In this document: piece by piece, positions 56,081-62,668 of the stretch
How the letters are laid out: each line of letters begins with the position of its first letter
Numbering within the stretch: the first letter of the stretch is position 1
Origin: an uncultured Pseudomonadales bacterium
GTDB lineage: Bacteria; Patescibacteriota; Microgenomatia; UBA1400; PJMF01
DNA: 64,000 nt
Assembly (NCBI GenBank): GCA_964406075.1
Contig: CAYOQI010000003.1
Location: 140,718 to 204,717, forward strand
Reading direction: 5' to 3'
Position numbers and translations under genes: made by a program
Notes under the pieces: model-generated
The model's database searches: none
What the model was told of the DNA's origin: nothing
What the model saw: only the letters and a program-made list of their open reading frames with translations

Positions 56081-56155
56081 CTGTTCTCTTTCGTCCTTTA
56101 CTCTGCGTAATGCAGAGGGACTCATCAGTACGGATTTTATCCGTAGAGAGAGCAG
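56081..56155 (-). ncRNA. Hammerhead ribozyme, type III topology, complete
   Basis: The minus strand reads CUGCUCUCUC|UACGGAU-AAA-AUCCGUA-CUGAUGA-GUCC[CUCUGC-AUUAC-GCAGAG-UAAA]GGAC-GAAA-GAGAACAG. Stem III is 9 bp with one C/A mismatch, stem I is 7 bp, and stem II is extended. The cleavage triplet is CUC (NUH). Confidence 0.85.
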
Positions 56156-56296
56156 GGACGGTTGCTTGATCTTGGGGAAGTTCGAAGAAATAAGTGTCGT
56201 GTGACACTAGTCCAAACTCACCGATCAAGTCACCGTCTTCTCTTTCCGGGAGGAAAGAGCCTGCTTGCTATAAGTAAAGAGTGTTTTATTTTTTGA

Positions 56297-56662
56297 TTAG
56301 AAGCGTTCTATCACATTCCAGCGCATTTGCAGACTTCTCAGACTGCTTTGTTGAGCTTGATGATAAATTGCCAGGGCAGTGTATTCTGCGTCCGACGATT
56401 GCATTTCGAGGCTGCTGAAGATGCGTTGCATATACTCCAGGTGATTCGTTTTCTCTGCCGGATCGTACATTGTAAGCCCAGCATCAATTCGTTGAACCAT
56501 AGTCTCGTCTAAGCCAATCTGTTTGGCGAGGTTTTTGAGCAATAGTTGCTTCATGGTCTGATCCGGTCCAATTTGTGAAACCAGTGATTCTATCAAAGGA
56601 TCATTGGCATGAATCAGGAGGCGAAGTAAGTGGATGCGTTGTGCTAACGTTTGTGTTGACAT
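56297..56662 (-). CDS. Island orphan protein D (121 aa, helical)
   Basis: An ORF starting 15 nt after the PurA-like gene. No motif was recognised. Confidence 0.5.
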   Translation of the reverse strand: MSTQTLAQRIHLLRLLIHANDPLIESLVSQIGPDQTMKQLLLKNLAKQIGLDETMVQRIDAGLTMYDPAEKTNHLEYMQRIFSSLEMQSSDAEYTALAIYHQAQQSSLRSLQMRWNVIERF

Positions 56663-56677
56663 GAGATTTCCTCTTTC

Positions 56678-58114
56678 TTAGGTGAATAGATATTCGTAGC
56701 CAGGAACGACTTCCGCTTGTTTGACTTCGGGGCCATGACTAGTCATGACGACTGGAATTCCGATTTCGGCTTCGACTCTTTTTAAAAGAACTTGTTCGAG
56801 AGTTTCGGCTTTGGTCGGAGTGACATGCGTGATTACGGGTCGACAGTGATTTAGAAGTTGCGTTAAGCGCATCTGATGGGCCAAATGGGCATCATCGCGG
56901 GTATCAGGATGAACCCGAATAGCAACGATTCTTCCCTGCTTGATCACAAAATACTGATCGAGATCGTTGGGAACTTCACCGACAAATCGGTAGGCATTGC
57001 AAATGGGCCATTCGTCCCAACCCTCTAGATCATCAAGATGACTCATCGCGAACCCTTGGTACTCGTTCTGACCGTTTACACAGTCCATGCTGTACCGTAG
57101 AGCGACGAAATCAAGTGGACCAATCCGAAATGGACCGAGCCAACTTGTTTTATCATTGTCTCGATCTGGATCAATGGCATCACCGAAATCATCATCTTGT
57201 GTAACTAGCGGTCCATTTCCATGTCGATGTGCAAATGGCCGTAACGCTAAAATGCGAACGAAGCGATAACCCTTACCGACTTTACATGTCTGACGTAAAA
57301 TTTTGATCAGGGTAGCCCCGGTTGGATCAACTTGACTCACGTGTGGAGCAAAGCCGTAGTAAGGATGCAATAAAATTCCATGCGATCCTTCTACCACGAT
57401 ATTTCCGGCTGCTAAAATTGCTTGTTTGAATTCATTATCATTAATGATTCGAACCCATTCGGTAAGATTTTGCATTGTTCGTGCAGTTGCTTCAACGACA
57501 CTACTACTCCGTAACAATTCCATTTCTTCCCAGGCAGTTCCAATATCTTCAAGGTCAAATTCTCTGATTAAGGCTTCCGCCTGCTTCAGTTTCTGTTGAC
57601 GCACCTTTTCAATTCTTTTTGTTAAAAGTGCCAGATTTGAGAAATCACCTGCTCGGATTGCTAAGTCTGGGTAGGATTTGCTGTCGGAGATAGCTTCACC
57701 GACTCCCATTCCAACCGTTCCTTTTTTGGTTCCAGTTAAATCTCGAACCTTTTCTCGGAAACGACTGATCGCACCATGAAATGGTGTGATGGAAAGACAT
57801 CTGTGATGAATCTGAATTCGTGCGAACATATTCTCAGCAAGACCGAGTTGTTCAAGTTCCTCAGCCTCATCGAAAAGCAAAAATGGATCGATGACCATGC
57901 CTGCTAAGATTGTGTTTACATCAGGAAAAAAGCTGCCACTGCCGTAATGCGAAAAGGCGTGTGACAACCCGTTGGAAAGTACGTAATGAGAACCATTACA
58001 GCCCCCATATCGTACGACCGTTTTTGCATCGATAAGCTTGCAAGCTTCAGCAGCAAAACGGCCTTTGGTTTCTTGCCCCCAAAGTGGGCCGCCCATTGTT
58101 ACAATGATTGGCAT
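56678..58114 (-). CDS. Divergent adenylosuccinate-synthetase (PurA)-fold protein
   Basis: By-eye alignment to E. coli PurA gives these matches: GGPLWGQETKGR vs GTQWGDEGKGK; VVRYGGCNGSHYV vs VVRYQGGHNAGHT; KGTVGMGVGEA vs IGTTGRGIGPA; VEGSHGILLH vs FEGAQGTLLD; HRHGNGPLVT vs TRVGAGPFPT; MSHLDDLEG vs LTKLDVLDG; TSHGPE vs STGPDR. Confidence 0.7.
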   Translation of the reverse strand: MPIIVTMGGPLWGQETKGRFAAEACKLIDAKTVVRYGGCNGSHYVLSNGLSHAFSHYGSGSFFPDVNTILAGMVIDPFLLFDEAEELEQLGLAENMFARIQIHHRCLSITPFHGAISRFREKVRDLTGTKKGTVGMGVGEAISDSKSYPDLAIRAGDFSNLALLTKRIEKVRQQKLKQAEALIREFDLEDIGTAWEEMELLRSSSVVEATARTMQNLTEWVRIINDNEFKQAILAAGNIVVEGSHGILLHPYYGFAPHVSQVDPTGATLIKILRQTCKVGKGYRFVRILALRPFAHRHGNGPLVTQDDDFGDAIDPDRDNDKTSWLGPFRIGPLDFVALRYSMDCVNGQNEYQGFAMSHLDDLEGWDEWPICNAYRFVGEVPNDLDQYFVIKQGRIVAIRVHPDTRDDAHLAHQMRLTQLLNHCRPVITHVTPTKAETLEQVLLKRVEAEIGIPVVMTSHGPEVKQAEVVPGYEYLFT

Positions 58115-58148
58115 TGGCTTTTCCTTAGGAAATTAGAAGTGGGTCTCG

Positions 58149-58174
58149 ACATGTCGAGACCCACAGAACGAAAC
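58149..58174. promoter_or_regulatory. Perfect 26-nt palindrome between island genes B and C
   Basis: GTGGGTCTCGACATGTCGAGACCCAC is fully self-complementary. Confidence 0.6.
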
Positions 58175-58180
58175 GAAAGG

Positions 58181-59476
58181 TTAGAGTTGCTCCCACTCGA
58201 TATCATCGTCGTCGGCCAGATTATCTGGTGTTGTTGGCGATGATTGGATGTTGACTACTCCTGATTTCTTTTTGTGCGCCGAACCGACGACAGCGTCTGC
58301 GATCGACGTAAATTGAGTTACGAACTCGGATTTCGGGTCGGGTAACCCTTGCTCTTGCCAAGGTGTATACAGAGGATGATTGATGTCCCACTCATTGACC
58401 GGATGGTCAAATTCTGATCCCATCGCGGGATACTGAACTTTGGGTTGAGCGCCTCTTTCGACGTTAGCATCTACGATACACTTCACGATCCGTTGTGCGT
58501 CCGGTGCGCCCATCGAGTAGTTGGAGCCGCGTGTTGCAGTCATGATGAAGTCTGCGGTATTTGATTCAGTCGCGTCGCTGTTTTCTGTCCAATAGACGAC
58601 TGCGGCTTGCATAGCAGCGGTATACCGAGGATTGGGATTGTAGATTACATGACCTTTCCCTAATACTCGAGTCCACCAGGCATCAACCTGTGGTCTGTCA
58701 CGATGAACGTTGAAGAAAAATGTATGCATTTTCTTCCCAAGTTCTCGACCCAGCTCGACGGTTGCAATGTCGCTTTGAATATCTGCGCCGAGTTGCTGAC
58801 GAACTAACCATGCTTCTACGGTATTGCGTCCTTCTTGATCACTGATTAAAAAGCCATAAGGAAGAAGTCCATACCTGAGGCTCCAGGCTTCTGTTCGCCA
58901 CCACCACTGTGCCAATACAAGTTGACCTTCTTCGATGCCGTCTTTCCCGTCCATGCCGGGAATTAACAGCTTGTTCTGATCTAAGATTTTGTCCTCATCG
59001 GCCTCAATCATAGTAGCCAGAACAGCTACACTTCGGCCATAGGATAGTCGTCGGCCTTTCTCATCAGGATATGTATCGTCATCTCGGTCTTGGAACAGCA
59101 TGACATTAACCTGGTCGTTCTGATCGGGATGCACCACATGAGTGAAACCCACATATGACCCTGTTTGCCTGAATGATTCTTCATATTCCTTTTCAAATGA
59201 GTATGTTGAATCTACGGCCAGAGATGAATATCGAGCGACGCCATACTTCAGGGTGAATCGCCAAATAGCTTGCGTCTTATCGACTTCGTATGAGTTGCGC
59301 GAACTTCGTGGGCCACTGAGCGGATCGGCGAATTCGTGCAACTTGCCCGTGATTTGCACTTGTTGTTGAGCTTGTTGACTAATGTGAACGGCTCCACGGC
59401 TGGCGGCAGCAGAGGCTTTTTGTTCATAAGCCTTGCTGTTTACTTCCTTAGCGGTAGTACTTGTTGAACATGCCAC
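58181..59476 (-). CDS. Island orphan protein B (431 aa) with an acidic C-terminus
   Basis: A long high-GC ORF. It has a Trp-rich segment (QWWWRTEAW) and the C-terminus DDDDIEWEQL. No family was recognised. Confidence 0.55.
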   Translation of the reverse strand: MACSTSTTAKEVNSKAYEQKASAAASRGAVHISQQAQQQVQITGKLHEFADPLSGPRSSRNSYEVDKTQAIWRFTLKYGVARYSSLAVDSTYSFEKEYEESFRQTGSYVGFTHVVHPDQNDQVNVMLFQDRDDDTYPDEKGRRLSYGRSVAVLATMIEADEDKILDQNKLLIPGMDGKDGIEEGQLVLAQWWWRTEAWSLRYGLLPYGFLISDQEGRNTVEAWLVRQQLGADIQSDIATVELGRELGKKMHTFFFNVHRDRPQVDAWWTRVLGKGHVIYNPNPRYTAAMQAAVVYWTENSDATESNTADFIMTATRGSNYSMGAPDAQRIVKCIVDANVERGAQPKVQYPAMGSEFDHPVNEWDINHPLYTPWQEQGLPDPKSEFVTQFTSIADAVVGSAHKKKSGVVNIQSSPTTPDNLADDDDIEWEQL

Positions 59477-59497
59477 TTTCTCATACCTGCTTTCTAT

Positions 59498-60571
59498 TTA
59501 AATCGGATAGAGTTGAAATTCGTGAAATGGACGTTGCCAGTTACCTTCGTTGTTAATAAACTTCGGCCACGTGGCATCGCATAATTCGTAAAGGCGTTTA
59601 TGCTCTTGAAGAGCAGTTCCGCAATTACCCGATAAGATGTGTGTGAAATGGCGCGTGAAAATTTCGTACTGCGCCTCCGTCATAATATGTGAGTCATATG
59701 GAAGTGTTAACTTTCCGTCAGACCACATTCCGCCGGCAAACTGTACGTAGATCATCGCCGCTTGTTGTACTTCCCGCTTTTGTTGTTCCAGTGTCAAGTA
59801 ATCATGCTGTTTCGCGTATCTCCAATCAAAAATGATCGGAAGATGTTGCTTTCCAGCAATGAGAATGTTGGCTGGAGCGATGAATCCGTTGGTGATGTCC
59901 TTGCTATGAATCCAAGCTAGGATTTTGAGGAGTTTGCCGTCTAGCCAAGCTCCTCCTAGGTCACCTCGTTGTTTTTGCGTCAACAACCTACTGATAGGAT
60001 CGATTTGCGCCAATGTTTTGATAAACCTTGGATATGCCATGATAAACATAAAACGTCCATCAGGCATATGTTGTGTAGCGACAACTTCCGGAAAGAAAGA
60101 ATGATGGTAATATCGTTCTTCTTCAGGCAAGCTGTCATCCAAATCGAGCGACGCTTGACGGAGACCTTGCATGAGCGAGCTTTCATGCCGTAATGCTGCT
60201 GCATTGGCGACGATTTGTTCAATCGGAAGACTTTTAGTATCATCATCCGGTTGGTTCTTCGCAGACACCTTTGCAATGCCGAAACGACCATTAGGCAAAG
60301 AACAAACATAGAGTCGATAATTTTTATTAACAACCCACGGTCGTCCTGCGGTTGTGAGAAACATTTGGTATGTCTGTTTCCCTATTGTCACTGAAGTGTA
60401 TGGTTGTAGTTTCTTTCGAAACTCAGTAACTTGAGGGTCGCCAATTTCTGGGAGTCCTAGCGCAAGTTCTGCTAACCAAACAATTCCCTCACTTTCTATT
60501 TCTATCGGAGGTCCTGTCACTATCTTCTTACCTTTCGTTTGTCTAAATATCTTCTGTTTCTTTGTAACCAT
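59498..60571 (-). CDS. Island protein A: protein-kinase-like fold with non-canonical catalytic residues
   Basis: FGIAKV (a beta3 Lys-like segment), the catalytic-loop-like HSKDITNGFIAPANILI (the HxD position reads NGF) and PIIFDWRYA (the DFG position reads FDW). The start is taken at MVTKKQK (60571); the ORF track starts at 60637. Confidence 0.5.
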   Translation of the reverse strand: MVTKKQKIFRQTKGKKIVTGPPIEIESEGIVWLAELALGLPEIGDPQVTEFRKKLQPYTSVTIGKQTYQMFLTTAGRPWVVNKNYRLYVCSLPNGRFGIAKVSAKNQPDDDTKSLPIEQIVANAAALRHESSLMQGLRQASLDLDDSLPEEERYYHHSFFPEVVATQHMPDGRFMFIMAYPRFIKTLAQIDPISRLLTQKQRGDLGGAWLDGKLLKILAWIHSKDITNGFIAPANILIAGKQHLPIIFDWRYAKQHDYLTLEQQKREVQQAAMIYVQFAGGMWSDGKLTLPYDSHIMTEAQYEIFTRHFTHILSGNCGTALQEHKRLYELCDATWPKFINNEGNWQRPFHEFQLYPI

Positions 60572-60714
60572 GGCGAAAAAACAGCCACGTGTATGGACTA
60601 AAAATCCACACAATGTGACTGTCAATGCCATGGACACTCTTCACTTGTTAATGTACCCCCATAAGAAAGCAAATATGTCTGTGAAGACAAATAACTTTCG
60701 GATGGGTGTATACA

Positions 60715-60738
60715 TCTGAGTGTATTTATACACTCAGA
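60715..60738. promoter_or_regulatory. 10-bp perfect hairpin in the island/neighbour divergent intergenic region
   Basis: TCTGAGTGTA-TTTA-TACACTCAGA. Confidence 0.45.
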
Positions 60739-60972
60739 GATTCTTAATTCATCTTGCTTCCGCGAAAACGTAAAATTTTCGGATCAGCAATAAATGAATC
60801 GGAACTACCTACAATATGCAGACAGATCCCATTCATCAATCAATATAATTACGAGATCGAACATTATAAGTCTATAATGGCGTTTGGTAAATCCTGAGAA
60901 AGCTGAAAATAGAACAAAAAAAACCAGCTACAAAAAGGATTTATCATCCTCTCTGGCCGGTTATAAATACAA

Positions 60973-61022
60973 GTGTTCATTACTCAAGCAATTCCAATTC
61001 TTGAGTAACTTACGAGGAACAC
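60973..61022. promoter_or_regulatory. Nested hairpin in the divergent intergenic region
   Basis: The outer arms GTGTTC/GAACAC enclose TTACTCAAG-(11 nt)-CTTGAGTAA (9 bp). Confidence 0.4.
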
Positions 61023-61206
61023 TGTCAAGGCGATGTTGAGGCACACTATTAACTTGCGGGAATTTTATCAAATAGTTATTATTATTTCAAGTACCTAAAA
61101 ATCACATCCTAGTGTCTCAAGTTTTACCCAAGCATTTGATTTCAGGTTAACCTATCGTTTTCTCCTCATTTCGTAATTTCCTACTTTCACAGCTATAATA
61201 ACTTTA

Positions 61207-62067
61207 ATGGACAAAAAAGAAATCTCAAGACGTCGTTTTTTAAAAAAAATTGTTGGAGGATTTTTGGCTGGAGCAGCTGTTGCAGCGGGAGGAATTCGTT
61301 TGAGAGAAGGTATCACTTCCCAAGCAGAATCTTCTTCAGAACAGCCAAACATTTATGATACGCTTGCCAAACTGGAAACAGACTTCGCCTCTGGAAATAT
61401 GAATGCAGATGTACTAAGTCAAGACATAGCTAAGATCCTAGAAGTATTACCGCAACAGACTCAATTTATCTCTAACATCATGGTAAGCATAATGGATCTT
61501 CAAAACTCAAAATACGTTTTTAACATTTCCTATGATCGCAATACTACTGAAATACCTGGGAGTGTATTGCCAGATCTTTCCAACTCAAGCAACTTCGATT
61601 TTTTATTAAATACAAATGCTGAAGTAGTTAATGCTAACACCGGGCGGATCAACATGTTCAGAAACATCTATAGTAACCATTCAAACGGAGATATTGAGTA
61701 TTTTTCAGTACTTGGTTACCAGGTCAGGCAAACGGTACCCGCCACGATTACTTGTAACATGACAAATAGGTTTAACAATCAACCAGTGCATTGGTATGAA
61801 TATGAAGAAGTTTATGGGCAACCAGCCATGTACCGTTCTCATATTTATGATCTCGAAGGACAGCTTGTTGATGCTTCTGACTTGCCTAAAGATGTGTCTT
61901 ACATCCCGGTGAATGAGGATGCAGTGATTGCATATTTTGAAGCGGTGGATATTAATTTTCGTCGTGTTCTTTCAGGCAAAGAAATTTCAGACCCTGAGAT
62001 GTTTCCAGTTCCACCTAGTAAAATAAGTCCGGTCCCCGCAGGCGGTGAAGATGGACAAGTAACTTAA
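61207..62067 (+). CDS. Secreted hypothetical protein with a twin-arginine (Tat) signal
   Basis: The N-terminal SRRRFLKKIVGGFLAGAAVAAGG matches S-R-R-x-F-L-K plus a hydrophobic region. Confidence 0.55.
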   Translation: MDKKEISRRRFLKKIVGGFLAGAAVAAGGIRLREGITSQAESSSEQPNIYDTLAKLETDFASGNMNADVLSQDIAKILEVLPQQTQFISNIMVSIMDLQNSKYVFNISYDRNTTEIPGSVLPDLSNSSNFDFLLNTNAEVVNANTGRINMFRNIYSNHSNGDIEYFSVLGYQVRQTVPATITCNMTNRFNNQPVHWYEYEEVYGQPAMYRSHIYDLEGQLVDASDLPKDVSYIPVNEDAVIAYFEAVDINFRRVLSGKEISDPEMFPVPPSKISPVPAGGEDGQVT

Positions 62068-62072
62068 TAAAT

Positions 62073-62465
62073 ATGAACACAGATATCCAAACCTATAACA
62101 ACAATCTCTCCTCTTCCGATAAAGCAATTTGTGAATTGCTGGTAAAAGAAATTAACCACGGACTCCCCGAATCAGAAAGTAAAATTTGGCATGCTCACCC
62201 GGTGTGGTTTTTGGATGGCAATCCAATCGTCGGCTATAGTAAACAGAAGTTAGGGATCCGACTCATGTTCTGGAGTGGAACTGACTTTGATGAAGCAAAT
62301 CTCGAGCCTGGTACAGGTAAGTTCAAAGATGCGTCAATTTTTTATACAGATGTCTCTCAAATTGATACTGATGATCTCGCCCGCTGGTTACAGAAATCTA
62401 AAGTGATTCAGTGGGACTACCAACATATTGTGAAACGTAAAGGCAAATTAGAAAGACTGAAGTAA
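62073..62465 (+). CDS. DUF1801/YdhG-like domain protein
   Basis: 130 aa. The pattern KIWHAHPVWFLDGNPIVGYSKQKLGIRLMFWSG is typical of the YdhG-like fold. Confidence 0.5.
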   Translation: MNTDIQTYNNNLSSSDKAICELLVKEINHGLPESESKIWHAHPVWFLDGNPIVGYSKQKLGIRLMFWSGTDFDEANLEPGTGKFKDASIFYTDVSQIDTDDLARWLQKSKVIQWDYQHIVKRKGKLERLK

Positions 62466-62668
62466 GAATCATCTGTCCAAAGATGACAACTTAGCACAGG
62501 AAAGAATCTTGGGAGTTAAGACACCCTTCCCTATCGGATTTGTTAGAGTTGGAGATTTGCCAACTAAAGAGTAATTTCACCCTTTTGTGTTAACTATAGG
62601 TTTGCTCCGATATTTCGGATAATTTTCGTGTATACTGTATTCACGATATCCCCAAGATAGGTGAAAGT

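Noticed and set aside
54303-56145. A retrozyme or viroid-like circular RNA model for the hammerhead-flanked unit.
   Set aside because: Joining the two predicted cleavage ends would pair the CCUU 5' strand of the 54.3-kb copy with the AGAGAACAG 3' strand of the 56.1-kb copy. That gives a poor chimeric stem III. The two ribozymes are also not embedded in longer direct repeats. Circularisation remains testable, but the sequence does not support it.
56040-56228. A 62-aa minus-strand ORF in the island spacer.
   Set aside because: It is read straight through the hammerhead ribozyme and its flanking hairpins. It has no start context and no motif.
56678-58114. Calling the PurA-like gene a PurZ (2-aminoadenine, Z-genome) enzyme.
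   Set aside because: None of the usual PurZ partners (dATP/dADP hydrolases such as DatZ/MazZ, or a dedicated polymerase) is recognisable in the island, and the active-site substitutions cannot be mapped to PurZ without a real alignment. It is kept only as a PurA-fold protein of unknown specificity.
62370-62400. A CTGATGA heptamer on the plus strand, with another on the minus strand near 7450, considered as possible extra hammerheads.
   Set aside because: Both are inside coding regions. Neither has a following stem II plus GAAA or flanking helices, so they are chance matches to a 7-mer.
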